NCBI RefSeq assembly: GCF_001194135.2
Contig: NC_068986.1
Span: 96,016,965 to 96,080,964, forward strand
Direction of reading: 5' to 3'
DNA: 64,000 nt
Source of the DNA: Octopus bimaculoides
Taxonomy: Eukaryota
In this document: piece after piece, positions 35,606-50,900 of the stretch
Layout: every line of letters starts with the position of its first letter
Position numbering within the stretch: the stretch's first letter is position 1
Position numbers and translations under genes: made by a program
Notes under the pieces: generated by a model
What the model saw: only the letters and a program-made list of their open reading frames with translations
What the model was told of the DNA's origin: nothing
Database searches by the model: none

Positions 35606-37189
35606 AAGAAAAGTAAAAAGAAAAAGCTGTTATTATATTAATATATATATATATATATATGGATAAATATATATATATATATTACAATTTGCAAGACCAA
35701 TAACTTGGTACTAAGGAAATTGTTGAATTTATTTTAATGTAAAATTGGCTAATCTTGAGGTGAAGCAGGTAGAGAAAACTTTCTTGGATATTAATTCCTC
35801 CTCTAACATTTGACCGCGATTCTCTAAGCAATAAAGAATGGGGAGCAGTTGATTACAACTGAAAACATTGAAAAAAAATCAGACAGGAAGAGCTGCTTCC
35901 CTTTCGCATACACACACGCACACTTCCTCCCAGCACAAATTCCTTAATTTTAGGACATCAAAAGTAACCCAACTTTTCAGTTTGGTGGTTACCCCTCCAT
36001 ACACCAGGCTTACACTGCCACACTGGACAGTAACAGTGTACAATTAATATTTCATTGCTAAGCAATTTGTCTACACCTCTATAGGGTAAGTGTATCCAAA
36101 AGTTGAAAAATTAGGTTGAGAAATTCAGTCAGACAAAATAAAGAAACCAGCATGCTTGAATTAGAAATTACATATCATTAACAATGCTATTCAAATTAAG
36201 GGAGATGAGAGGGAGATTTTTATTATCATTACATGCACATAAATTAACAGTGGCAACTGATAGGGAGGTGTCAGAAACAGATGAAATTAATAAGCTAACA
36301 AAGCAAAACAAATAATACTAAAATCATGTAAAGTTGAATGAGAGTGGCACCAACTATATTTTGGTGCCAGAGACAACACAGATAGACATGCACAGAAATA
36401 CTGACAAGATCAGAGTTTATGAAATGTAGGAAACCAGAAAGAAGGAGAAAGTATACAGTTTTTGTATCACAAAATAATAAAACCAGCGAAGTAGACTTAT
36501 TTCTGGTTGGAGAATGAATTCAAAGATAGTGGCCAAAGGTCATTTCACCAGCCTTTTTCTTGCACGAAAATTCAACATGCAAGGCTGTAGCTATTGTGTA
36601 CACAGTTGATAAATAGAACCCTATTAGACAGAATGTGCATGTATGTGTGTGTATGCTCGTGTATAAAGACCTAGATTCATTGTCTTAATGAGAAAAAGGT
36701 TTTCTGACATTGTATCAATTCAACAATATTTAATTATTGCTAAGTAATAAAAAATATAACAATTAACAGCTCTGCCTTGACAGACAAAAAATCCCCAGCA
36801 AAACCACTACCATCAACCCACTAAGTAAATAAAAACAGATAAGTGATTCAGTGCCACAGAATCCCAGCCAAATTACTACGGCTAGAAAATCAAATTATTC
36901 AAATAGTGACAATTTTTTTTTTTTTTTTTTTTTACTAAATAGATTTTTAAATCATTGCATATGTTTTAAAAATAAATAAATAAAAATGAAAAATATATAT
37001 ATATATATATGTAACTCTGACGAGTCCTTCCATTATAAAAAGCAATTTGCTTGAAAAGAGGCAGTATATTTATTTACCAGATGAGGTATATGGAGTGGAA
37101 AAGAAAATTGGAAAATCATGATAATATTATGAATGTTTTAATGTTGAAAAACAAAATTGATTCTCTCTCTCTCTCTGTATGTGTGTGTG

Positions 37190-37225
<36 letters not shown>

Positions 37226-37761
37226 TATATATATGATATATACACACATGCACACACACATACATACATACATACATACACACACATATATATATATGGG
37301 ATGTATACCTAGTATTGGAGGACTGACATAAATTAGCAAGCAAGACCTCATAAATACAGTTAATAGATAAAAATCGAGAAAATAAGAGTAAATAAATAAG
37401 TGGCAGTGGTAGTGGTGATGTTGATGGTACAAATAAACAAGAGAAGCCATACGAAGGAGAGAGAGAGAGAGAGAAAGAGGAAGCCAAAAGAAAGCAATGA
37501 AGAGAAATGAAAAACAGCTTCATAATTAAGAGACACAAGAGATGTTAAGGTATAAAAATTTAATTCAATCAGCCAGCCACACACACACACAAGGGAGGTC
37601 TTACCAGCAAAAATTGATTGATACAGCCTAACCCTCATGAAACCTTACTACCACCACCACCACCACCACCACCACCAACTGGTCAGTCAGAAAGCACGAT
37701 TCCAGCACAAAAAACGAAGATAAACAATGCAGCTGGCTACTGGACTATATTAACCCAATGT

Positions 37762-38281
37762 NNNNNNNNNNNNNNNNNNNNNNNNNNNNNNNNNNNNNNN
37801 NNNNNNNNNNNNNNNNNNNNNNNNNNNNNNNNNNNNNNNNNNNNNNNNNNNNNNNNNNNNNNNNNNNNNNNNNNNNNNNNNNNNNNNNNNNNNNNNNNNN
37901 NNNNNNNNNNNNNNNNNNNNNNNNNNNNNNNNNNNNNNNNNNNNNNNNNNNNNNNNNNNNNNNNNNNNNNNNNNNNNNNNNNNNNNNNNNNNNNNNNNNN
38001 NNNNNNNNNNNNNNNNNNNNNNNNNNNNNNNNNNNNNNNNNNNNNNNNNNNNNNNNNNNNNNNNNNNNNNNNNNNNNNNNNNNNNNNNNNNNNNNNNNNN
38101 NNNNNNNNNNNNNNNNNNNNNNNNNNNNNNNNNNNNNNNNNNNNNNNNNNNNNNNNNNNNNNNNNNNNNNNNNNNNNNNNNNNNNNNNNNNNNNNNNNNN
38201 NNNNNNNNNNNNNNNNNNNNNNNNNNNNNNNNNNNNNNNNNNNNNNNNNNNNNNNNNNNNNNNNNNNNNNNNNNNNNNNNN
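37762..38281. other. Assembly gap (likely within or after the 14-3-3 3' UTR)
   Basis: N run. Confidence 1.
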
Positions 38282-38940
38282 CTTAACAAATACTAATTGT
38301 TATTTTTTAATTTTAAAGTTTTATTGAAAAGGATAGAGGGGAAAAGTGTGACATTATCACTGGCTGAAAGACAGAGCTGGTTTGGTCCACATTTAGCCAG
38401 AATAGAAATGATTGACAAACTTTTTTTTTTTTCTCTTTTAATTATTTAATTAGAAAGAAAGAAACTTAAAAGAGAGCTAAGTTAGCTTAGTGAAAGACAA
38501 TGAAATGGAAGGGAGTGAGGAGACAAAATTGAACAGATTCTAAAAAAAGAGAGAGAGAGATGAGAAACAACTAAACAAATCAGAAGAATAAGAGAATACA
38601 CTGTTTTTTCACTATGTGTATGTGTGCATATGTGTGTGTGTGCGTGTGTGTGTGTGCATGCACTAGCATGCATGTCTCTTCCACTCATAATATGGTCATG
38701 ACTGGCCTTTGGTAGCGCTATGAAATAATGGACATGGTTTGGTTGGTCACTTTTATACAGATAACATATCAATACAGAACAATGTACAAGAGAAAAATGA
38801 TAATAGTCATGGCCAGAGAGAGTGACAAGAAGACCAATATTATTATATTATTATTATTATTATATTATTCTTATTAATATTATCATTATTATTATTATTC
38901 TGTTTCATGTGCAAATAGATTCAACTAAATGGGTTGCTGT

Positions 38941-38996
38941 TTATGACACTTCCTCTGTCTCACCTTCTGGTTGCCCCTCAGCTTTATGTTCACAAT
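38941..38996 (-). CDS. YWHAE: 14-3-3 epsilon exon 5 (acidic tail, stop)
   Basis: Strong acceptor tttctttctctttttcag|AT, phase 1 as required; [18 protein letters not shown] (TAA), an acidic tail typical of 14-3-3 proteins. Confidence 0.85.
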
Positions 38997-41900
38997 CTGA
39001 AAAAGAGAAAGAAATGATTAGCAGTTTAGTCAAATTTACTCTACCATACAAGGTTGCTGTTGTCATTACCATTAACTTTCAACGAGCAATTTCCAGTTGC
39101 TTGTCCATTTCAAAACGCCTTTTGCATCTATTGCAGTTAAGTTTTTATTTCTCCAGCTTCAATACAATAATATTATATCAACAACCCTCCTACTAACAGC
39201 CATGGCACCAGTGTCTAACCTGATTCACTAGAAATAGTAACAGCAAAATTTACCTTAGTTATATTCTATATTTCAAATGGAAGGACACATTAGATGTAGT
39301 AATAGACATATAAAGATTTGGTCATTCTAATAACAGTTATTTTAGCCAAGACTAAATTGTGACAATAGTTAACTAAACAGTTGCCTTTACTATTAGTGGC
39401 ATTAAAAAGTGGATTCAAAATAACAAACAGAAAGAAGTTACCAAACTTCAAAAAACATTAACACTTAATTTTATTATATACAAACTCAAGAGTATATTTT
39501 ATCTAATTTTTTCAGAGAAAATGTTTCATGCAGAATTCTCAAAATTTTCACATTTTTCTATATTATATTAAAAGGCCATCAGAGTAAGCATTCTTATGCT
39601 TTTACCAAATGTGGACTCATTCACGGAAGACATTTGAAAATTATTTGTCAATGAAACAAAATCTGAAGACACTTCCAGAACCTATAATCATTGTTGCTGT
39701 CATCACAACCATTTTTCTATGCTAGCATGGGTTGGATACATGGTGGTTACATCCTTTCTACAATCAATGCCTGCAGTAGTCTTCACATGTTAAACTGCAG
39801 GATATGAACAAACATCACCACTGCCCAAGAGATGCCAAGACATAAACAGACTCTTGTAGTTTCGAACTACTAAATTTCATTTACAACACATTGTGAGGCT
39901 TTAGCAAAAGAAATTTGCCTAAGGAATCATGCAGTGGGATTGAAGACGAAACCTCGTAGTTTCAAAGCCAAGTTCTTAAGCACAGTCACATTAGCTCCTA
40001 CAGACATGCTTGTGCATATCGAAGTTGTAAATCTTAAATATAGTGAGTGGGGAAAAAGGGAAATAATCAAAATTGACATTCCTCAGTAATATAGTGGTAA
40101 GTATGCCAGCCTGTCACAAGGGATATTGGGGCTTGAATTTAGGAGCAGATACAGCTGTGTGGTAAGAAGCTTGCCTCCCAACCACATGGTTCTAGGTTCA
40201 GTCGTACTGCATGGCACCTTGGGTAAGCATCTTCAATATAGCCTAGGACCAACTAAAACCTTGAGTGGATTTGGTAGATGGAAACTGAAAGAAGCTTGTA
40301 GTATATATGTATGTATGTGTGTATATATATAGTGTGCGTGTGTTTATGTGCATGTTTGTTCCCCACCACCACTTGACAACCACTGCTGGTCTGTATATGT
40401 CCTTGTAACTTAGCAGTTCAGCAAAAGTAACAGGCTTTAAAGAAACAAGTACTGGGTCAATACATTTGACTAAAAATTCTTCAAGGCAGTGCTCCAGCAT
40501 GGCCGCAGTCTAATTGACTGGAACAAGTAAATGATAAAATATTAATTGAAAAAAAATCTTCAAGCAACAATGCTTCATGACAGTGACACTCATTTACAGC
40601 TATCATATGACAAGACAAAGAGACACAAACATACATAGACTCACTGTATCTGCCTCTCTTTCTCATACACGTTTTTTTTTTTTTTTCAATTTCTACCAAC
40701 CAAATCCAGTCACAAATATTTAATCAGCTCTGGGGCTATAGTAGAAGACATTTATCACAGTAGGACAGAACCCAAGACCACATGGTTGAGAAGCAAATAT
40801 CTTAACTACAGAGCTATGCCTACACCTGTGTGTGTGTAACAATTATCCAATGCAACAACAGGAATCTCAGTAAGGAAAAGAAAAAATAGAAATGGTAAAG
40901 CAAAAAGATGAAGAAAATGATTATATCCTAACTCATAATCACCCATGCTTTTCATGAGCATCAAAATGTCACATTTATCTTTAAGTACCACTTCAAAATC
41001 TAAGAGGCATAAAACTTAATTTCAGATTTCATTTAGCTTGCCAAAAAGCAATTTTAAGGATTCCCATCATCTTTGATGGAAGCTGCCACTCTCTCTATTT
41101 AGCATTTCAAACATTATCTCATTTTAAAAAACATTTGTACCAGATGATGTAAAGCATATTTGGTACTGGTATGAAAAAAAATTAGTGATTGCTACCCAGT
41201 CGTCAAAGACACTACTTCATTTCTTGAAATGTCTATATATTACAAATTACTACCAATTTAGTTACTGATTTTGAGAAAAATCATTACAAACTAGAAAATC
41301 TTATGTACTCACATTTAGTCTAACAGATCTATAATTATATATATAATGGACGTTAAACGAGGATTATTTAGAATGACAGGCCTTAAACTACAAGTATTAT
41401 ACGTGCACTTTTAAAAACAAAGTCCAGCCTGTGTGATGTAAAGAAATATTTTTCACTGCAATGTTATTCTGAGTTTTCAAAGAAACTAACTCCTTAACTT
41501 CCATTTCTATTTTGATGTAAGATCTTATTCTAATTATGCCTAGTTTTTAATAGTCGGGCTCTATGAAGAAGATCTAAACTTTGTTAAAAAATTTAAAAAA
41601 AAAAAATAATAAAAAAAAGAGAGAGAAAATCCTTCTGTACATCAGAAATATTAGCTATAAAAGCATTATAAATTAGAGAAGGATTTTAAAAATTACCTTC
41701 AGCCTGCATATCTGATGTCCAGAGAGTGAGGTTGTCTCTCAGTAGCTGCATTATAAGGGTGGAATCTTTGTAGCTCTCTTCACTCAGCGTATCCAGCTCA
41801 GCAATTGCTTCATCAAATGCACACTTGGCCAATCGACAAGCACGGTCAGGTGTATTGAAGATCTCATAATAGAAGACAGAGAAATTGAGTGCCAAGCCTA

Positions 41901-44900
41901 ATCGTATCGGGTGGGTGGGAGGTAGGTCCTTTAAGGCATATTCACTTGCCGCCTTGTAGGCAAGTAAACTATTGTCAGCAGCGTCCTTCCTCTCCTCCCC
42001 AGTGGCAAATTCTGCCAAGTAGCGATGGTAATCACCTTTCCTAAAACAGATAAAATTTTCAAAGTTGAAACAGCATAAAATGTACAAGATGCTGTGGAGA
42101 ATTAAAAATATTTTTTTGGGGCCTTTTGATAACATAGTCATGCTAATAGTCATATGGTTCCATACATACACTATGCAATATTTCATGTTAAAATGCCCAC
42201 AATAAAGCAGAAAACTGAAGCATATCAATAAAAAGAAAAAAAAAAATCACAGAAACAGGTTCAGCAAAAATAGATCTAATAGTGGTTTCAAATTTGGACA
42301 CAAGGCCAGCAACTGGGGGAGGGGTAAAGTCAATCAGATTGACCCTAGTGCTCAACTGGTACTTATGTTATCGACCCCGAAAGGATGAAAGGCAGAATCA
42401 ACCATGGTAGATTTTGAACTCAGAATGTAAAGAGAGGACAAAATGCCACTAAGCATTTTGCCCAGCCTGCTTAATGATTCTGCTAGTTCACTGCCTTAAA
42501 TTTAGATTTAATATTGAGAAGTAATTTCCTTCACTATTTACCTCAAGTTTACAAATGACCACATGTTTAAGTTAAAGAAGTGTGTGCATGAATGCATGTA
42601 CATCAAGAAACCTAAATATGACATACTTACATTTTGTAATAAAACACTCTAGATTCTCCAGTTGAAGCATTAGTTAAAAGTTTCTTATCCAAAACAGCTA
42701 AAACATCATTGCAAATATCTTGAAGTTCACCTTCAATCTGAAATGAACCAATTACATTAAGCAATTGTTAAACAGAGATTAACATTACTATTTTGGTGTC
42801 AACATTGGGATTGCACTGTTTTACAGCATTTCAGATGTGTTTCACTAACCAATAATAATAATCACAAGGTTTCAATTTTGAGAGCAGTGTAATGTTGATT
42901 ATATTAACCCAAACAACTGACTGGTGCTTTATTTTATCAACAGCCCCAGAGCAATGATATGTAAAGTCAACTCTAACTGAACTAGTTGAATTTTGAGTAT
43001 AAAGCATTGTGTATGATTAAATATCTTTAAGATCAATATTAATGATTCAGCCAATTTCAATAAGCAAGTGATGATGAAACAACTATTCACCACTTAAATA
43101 TCTCACTTATCTTGGAGATATTTAATCAATATAGCTGTAAACTAGTTAAGATTTGCTGAACAATGCAATAGAAACACAATTTAATAAATAAAATATCAAT
43201 AGCATTTTCTTAATAAATCAGTTCAGCCACATTTCAGTGATTTTTAAGAAATGTTAATCTTTATGAATTCGTCAAGATTAAGCATCCAGTGTACAAATGA
43301 ACATGATCTGAAACTTTGTAGCTCACAAATTCAGTATAATGAAAATTTCATTTGAAAACTGAATATGTTTAAAACAAAAATTAAGAATGGTAATTTTTTA
43401 AAATAATTATCCCCCTAAATATATTCAATATAAAGTTTTTTTAAAAAGGTTACAAGTAGATTACAGAGGTTACTAAATACAGTTTAATGCTTTTAGTAAA
43501 TTTTATCACAAACTTAAAAGATAAGACTGAATGTAAATTTTATAGTCAACATTAAAATAAATCAACAGATAAAATGTTATTTGGATTTAATTTGAACAAA
43601 GGCAGAAATGGTCTGAAAATGTTTTTATTTTTAAGAATCTTTTCCCTCACATGTCTGTTTGGAGTAAATTCTTTGGAATGATAAATAAATTCATTTTATT
43701 TTTTGTTAGTGGTGACAGAAGCTCGAGTGAATATAAAAATTCTGATTACCATTGTGTAAATATGAGAAAGCAGTTTGAATAGAAGAGATCAAGGTACAGT
43801 ACAGACAATTAATACATGCTCAAGAAAGAATTTACTCAATTTCAACCTAACACGTTTTCCATACTGGTATGGGTTGGATTAGATTATTTTAGAGAAGTTC
43901 CAATCAATTCAGTATATGGTCAAAGAAATGGAGTAAAGAGTGACAGGAATCATATTAGAACTACTGTAAGCTTTTCTATATCTTTCACAAAACCTCTCCA
44001 CCCCAAACATTTTGTGATAATCACATGACACTATGAACTATCTTTTTGTGTTGGGGAGGGGGGGACTATTAATAATTTAGGAAACCTGCTTAAGTCACAT
44101 TCATTTTTCATTTCGTTTTTCTAAGTTTGCAGATTCAAGAGGACACTTACCAAATTATTACCTGGACCCTACTGCAATAAAATGGTAAGCCACAAGAGTA
44201 TCTCATAAAATTACTCAGGTACATTAGCTGGTCAGTAAAGTGATATAGTCAAAACAATTTAGACAGCTTACCTTTTCTCTGTAGGCTCTAATCAAATTTA
44301 CTCGCTGTTCACTGCCTTTAGCTTCTTCCTTTTGCTCTAGACTGCTGACAATTCTCCAGGAGGCTCGACGAGCACCTATCACATTTTTATATGCAACTGA
44401 TAAAAGGTTTCTTTCCTCCACAGATAATTCAATCCCCTGGTCGGCCACCTCTTTCATGCTTTCCACCATTTCTGAAGAAGATGAAAAAAAAAAAAAAAAA
44501 AAAAAATTTTAATTTCAAATTGTACACAGCTTTTATATATCAAATGTCAGATTTAATGACATACTGCCACTATTTCCATTGCAATTAATTACTGTCAAAT
44601 TTTATATCTATACTCAGTTATGTACACTCTCAGAATCATTAAATGTGCAATGCAAGGACATCACATTAGGCACAAAGCTACATGTAACATTGGAGCTGTG
44701 ATGCATGTCTATACTTTTCTGAAAGTCATTACAAAGTTCATTGAAACAGTTCATAGAACTATTAAACTGATCATTAAGAAACATTAAGCTTCATAAACCG
44801 CAAAAATTAAACGAAGCTTCGTTTAGTTTAATTAAATCATTATCAAAAATATCAATCTTTTATCCTTAACAAATTATTTTAAGAATGAAACAACTGCAAC

Positions 44901-47900
44901 ACATCACACTTTACAGTGAAAGTGTTTAGTGTTTAAGATACCCTCAATTTAGCGGTTACAAAATAAATCACACACAGCAAACACACAAGAATGTTTAACA
45001 TTCATCAGGAAGATCACATTACAAACATAAAGAAAAATATTTGGCAGAAATATTTTTAAGAGAAAATACTACAAAGTATATATTTCATGATAAAAAAAAA
45101 AACCCATTCATTTTAGAATATTTTACAAAAATGCAACAGGTAAAGTTCATAAAATGAAGCAAACGAATGTCTCAACACAGGTCATATAATAAATGTAGTC
45201 GAGATCAATATTTAATGAAGCTATCAAGTTATAACATGAAACCTCTTCATATATTATTAGGTGACATGACTATTTACACAACCAGACAGAACAAAAAAAA
45301 AAAAAACCAATACACTCAGATAAAATTGAATTCTTTCCCTTAAATGTTTCATGTTTTAAATGAGACTTGAAATACATAAAATTTCACAATTTAGTACTTC
45401 AGAAATAATTCCACATAAAAAAAGAAGAGTAGAGTAGAAAAATAAATACCAACTATTTAAGCTACAAGCTGACCTAATCAGCCTATTCTATCTAGATTTA
45501 CAGAAGCCTGTCAAAAACAGAGCCAAATTAACCATGATTCATAGGTAAATTCCATCAAGCTAAACATTATGCAGTCTCTGACATGGCTGTGCCAGCCTAC
45601 TTTTTTCTAAGTTCAAATTCCAAATAAAAATGCTAGTGTTTTTTTTTAAATTCAAAACATCGATGCTTAATTAAAAGTTAGAGCATGTAAAACTTTATAA
45701 TTAGGGAAGTGAAACTACACTTCAAGGTCAACTTTTCGTGGTATATGTTGAGAATAATTAACATAACACTATATTTCGTAGAATCTAAGATAATTTTTTA
45801 AGAGAAAATTTAAACTAATATTAATTTATAGCACCAGCAAACAAGACATGATCAATTTAACAAAAGCAACTTGAGAATTCTTTATAACCGAAGCTGGAAT
45901 GCAATTTTTTCTAAAATTCCAAGCACCTATATATATAACTCAGATTCCACAAATTTATATTTTATTCATGACTCCCAATGAAAGAAAACCACACACACAC
46001 ACGCAGTCTATATAAAACAAGGTATTTGTTATATTCAAGGCAGAAATATATGTTCTTGTTCTAATTTACAGCCACATAAATTAAGCTTTATCATTTGTTT
46101 TAAATTTAGATGGCCAAACATAATTCAATATCTACAAAATGATTTGTTTTCTTCTCTCAGCTTAACATATAACCACATTGTCTCTCAAAGCAGCCTCTGT
46201 AATACCAACAATGGAACGTCTGACTAAAAGCTAAGCTATAATGTGTATGTTAACTAGACACAGTTAGATGTTGAACATGATCAGAGAAATGTTAATTCTA
46301 TCTGCTCTTATTACTCTCTAAATAAACCCATATATGCAAAAGCTGAATCACGATAAAAAGCAATCCCCCATAGCTGTGTGTCTATAATTTAATGACATAA
46401 CTAAATACTATAGTTAGTCCACAACTTCGATTATGTCATATAATGAGTGATTTAATAAATGTATTTTTTTTAAAACCTTGCCAGTAAGATTCATTAAATA
46501 CTATAAACCGAAGGATAACCAACGAACTCTATATAAATTGTACACTTCATGGTTGGTCACCTGTACAATCGAGTTTAATCTTAAAATTTCTCTTCAGCCA
46601 ACAGAACCAAGTAAAATACTTAATATATATATCTTAAGAACATGAGTAATCATAGCAAATTTCCCAAGACGCCTAATATGCAAATATACCGTTTGACACT
46701 ATATCAATCTCAAAAATGGTGTTATAAAGAAGAGGTTGATTTGAGCGTGGTTAATAGCTCTAGTTTCGCCCATGTTCTTTAAACAGATTCCAGTACGCTC
46801 AAACAGCAAGACAATTTATAACATTGTTCGGAATGTGCCCCCCCCCTCCCCACATTCCAGTGACTTCAGTTTGCAGTATGAAGTTGTTTCGAATAGATTA
46901 TATCACCAGTCGCAGTTTAACATTAATGTATGTAGTAATATCAATAAAAATGTGAAATTATTAAGGGGAGGGGGAAACAGTTAGTGATTGAAATTGTCAA
47001 CATAAGCAATTGTAATAAGTTATATCTTATTTTGGCATTTCATTTAGAAATAATAAAACAGGGAAAGTTAAGACTAAATGGAAAAAAAAAAAAATCTTCC
47101 TCTTGAGATTATATTATCTTGTAAGTCTTTCTTTTTTTAATTCAAAAACCTAAGCAAAGTTCCTAAGTACACCATCAAATAAACGATTTTTGGTTCGTAA
47201 ATCGTTAAAAAATAACGATGAAAAAATGTTAAAAGCCTTTGTTTTGAATGTTTTTGGTGGATAGGGTTAATACCCAACCATCAAAATGTGTAAGGAGCAC
47301 CCCAACTGTCAACAAAGAGTTGAAAATGATTGAGTTTCGTTTCTTTATAGAGGAACTGAAGACGACTTAAAACCAACTTAATACGTGTTATAGACCTATC
47401 TTTTGGGTCTACGTCGTGCAGTTAAACTAAAGGCCTTTTTTTTTTATTAAATAAATTCATCAAAATACGTTTGGACCTAAAATGAGTTAGAACATTTTTT
47501 AAAAATCTCAATTTCTCAGTAAAATAATAAACGCAACTAAAATCCAGCCGTTTACATCTCTTACATGTCACGATTATGATTACAAACCAAGTGACCATTT
47601 TAAAAACCATATACAGCACTTTTTCTTTTCTTTTTGCGTTTTAGATAAACGTCTCAACGAATATGCCATCCTTTAAATTTAGGAGAAAAGTACGGAACTA
47701 TATGCAAAACACTGAGGGAGGCAGCGTTAAGTAAAAAAAAAAGTATAAATTTAAAATGAATTTTATTTCAATAAGTCTTTAAGTGAATTAATTAGGGGTA
47801 AACCCCACTCAAATCAGTCAAAATGTAGCTAGAGGATTTGATGCCTTTCTAGCAACGAAGGTACTTATTAGTTTACGTATTTGGAAGTGACCTCAGGAAT

Positions 47901-50900
47901 CAATTTGGGAAATATTCAGAAATAACTGAATCCATTTCTTGTTCACATTTCAATAAATTTTGAAAATAAGAAAGATTCAGTAAAATAACTTGCTATTGTT
48001 AATCTGGCTTTTGGAACGTTACAATATGACAGTAGGTTTAAATTTATATACGAACACTTCAAAAATAGATGGTTTTGTGAATCGGGCGAGTTAGTTACAG
48101 AAAGAATTAATCAAAAATGATAGCGTCTCAGTTTTGAAGGAGGGAAGATGCGAAGTTGTAAGGGAGAAGAATGGTCGGCTGAATCACCCGGGAGAAATGC
48201 GAGGGTAAGTCGACCCAAACGAGATTTGAACTCAGAACGCAGTCCGACGATCTACCGTTTCTGCCATTCCACCGCCATTTTAAATTATAATAATGATAAT
48301 TGTTTTGTTACATCGTTGAAGCGCAGTGTCCATATCAGCCCATATTTTAAGGCCTCCATAGACATATTTGGTTCGAATACATAACGCTTTTTCAAATTTA
48401 GAATTAGGGTTTGCATGTTTTCCAAGAGAGAGATTAAATAATACAATTAAATCTTGACAAGCTTCTCGAGTGGACCTTGTAAAGAAAATAAGTCTTGCCC
48501 ACATGATTAGCTAGTTTTACAGCAGAAGCAAGAAACTGTCATAAAGAGACTAAATAAAACTACTACTACTGTTTCTTTCCACTCCAGCCAGCCATTTTTT
48601 TCCTTCTCTCGAAGGTTCAGGAGGAAGAGAGAGACACAAAGATTGTGAAACGATGTTTCAGCAGTGCTGAGAACAGTTTCCATCCTAAAGACATATTTCT
48701 TCTGTAATTAGAACCCGCCTACATTGCTATTGTGTGACGCGAGGGAGAAGTGATGAGGAAAAAAAAAAAAAAGAGATATAATGTATAAGATATGAAAACG
48801 AATTCTACATTTTATCAGTGTTATCGTGGTCGTTACGACCCCCCTCTCTTGCCTAAGATGTTGAGAGTAATAATGTGGCGGTGATATATCAATGATTCCA
48901 CTGACAATAGTCAAACTGCTACTAGTTGCAGCAGTGTAATAGTAGCTGCACCACTAGTAGCTACTGTACCAAAACCGTGAAGAGAGCAGGTACATTAACA
49001 CACATTTAATATAATATCATCGCAGATATAGGACTTGTATAGTAACTAATTTATACGGGAGATTGTCATTAAATAGAACTAGTAATTTTAAGAAAAATAA
49101 TGAAGATTTAGTTATTTTTAAGAAAGCTGTATGAAGAAGTGATCACATTAATTTCAACACCAGCTCTCCCTCCTTTTTTTCTTCTTACTATCAACTTAAT
49201 AAGTCGTGTTGACTTCATTTAGATTAAAATAACAAAGACAATGAAACAGTTTACTTTTTTTTTATTTGCTCGAATTCCACAGCACAATAATTGTTTCTGG
49301 GTAGAAGACGTGCAATTTTGGGGGAGGTTAGTCGATTACATCCTTGACTGGTATTTATTTATCAACTCTAGAGTGATAAAGACATCAGCAGGATTTGGAC
49401 AGAAAACGTCTGCTTGGTCAGTGGTTCTCAACCTGGGTTCCGCAATGGTAGTATTAAATTCAAAATTTCAATACACACAGATACAAATACATAAGGATAA
49501 GTATATTACAAGAGGTCCGTGGGAAAACTCATTTCAATTAAAAGGGTTGGGAACCACTGGTCTAGGTCAATACTACTACTGCTATATGTGTTAGGTCACA
49601 TATAGCAGCAGACGGAGGTGGGGTAGCTGACTTAACGATTGATGCTTATTTTAACAAACCCAGCAGAGTTTGATCACAACGGAGGGGGGGGGGTCATAGA
49701 AAATGCTAAGACCGTTAAACAATGACTTCAAAGTTGGGTTTTTTTTTTGTTTTTATGGTCACTGCTGCAACAATAATAATTATGATAATGATTTCTACCA
49801 CAAACATACGCGCACACAGGTCTTCACAGACACGTCTTTTCCCAGCGTGTTGGAACAGACGATCAAAAGTCTGATGTCAGGAAGGGCATCCGGTCATAAA
49901 AAAAAAAACTGCATTAAAAATTCTCAATTTATGCCAGCATTTAGAAACGATAAGGATATTGAAATATGAGCACAGTCAATCACACCGACACCAGTAATAT
50001 TACTGGTACTTTTAAGTTACCCTAGCTCACCTCCCAGAGGAATGAAAGCAAACTCGATTCAGCGTAATCGAACAACAATACTGATTAAATGACTAAATTC
50101 TGCTGAAGAGTATCGGAAGCAACGAGACGATCTGGACAATAGAAGACCATTACATTACGTAGCGCATTTTCATAATTGCTCACATTTAATGGAAGCCTTT
50201 CAAGTAAACACCAATATAATAGTAATAGCTATTTCTATCAGCACACTTCAAATTAAGGTGGGGACAATCAATTTAATGAACCCCTAATAGGATTTATTCT
50301 ATAGAATCTGATGATAATACCATGGGATACTACATTAACGTACAAGAAACTAGCAATTTTTGTAAAACCATTCGTAAAGACTGACATGTGATCTCACAAA
50401 ATGATTGAGAGAAGGTGGTTATGTATAAATATATTATATACACACAGAAATCGAGGGGAGGAGGAAGAAGCAACAACTGTTAAACAGACATAACAGCATC
50501 ATTTCTTTGAACACAGTTGTAGCGATGATGATGGTAAGTAACTGTAGTAGTTTCAGTTTAATCACGAAAATTATTCTTTTAAATTTTCGTTCAGTCGACA
50601 GTTGATGACAGCATGAAGGGGAGGGGTAGAGAGAGAGAGACGCAGAGAGAAATTATGGCACAATAGTGAATGAAACAGACGAGATTATAATATAGATGGA
50701 TGGGCTGAAACAAAACTCAATAGAAAAATGAAATAGAAGAGGAAATAAATGGCAGAGAAATGAGAGGAAAAACCGGACAGCAGCAGCGTTTCGTGGTGCA
50801 ATCAAGTTCCAGGAATAAAGACGATAAGTCTTTAATGATGAGAACAAACCCTGCCATGAAAGTCTTAATTTCAACCTAACTGAAGCCACTAATCCAAGTA

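Noticed and set aside
36995-37065. CTGACGAGTCC...GAAA in the probable 14-3-3 UTR
   Set aside because: No complementary strand to close stem II before GAAA.
39830-40825. Inverted family C SINE copies in the last 14-3-3 intron
   Set aside because: Too diverged by eye for long duplexes and they do not flank an exon.
50534-50539. Perfect GTAAGT donor on + inside 14-3-3 intron 1
   Set aside because: A single hexamer is expected by chance; no acceptor or ORF partner found.
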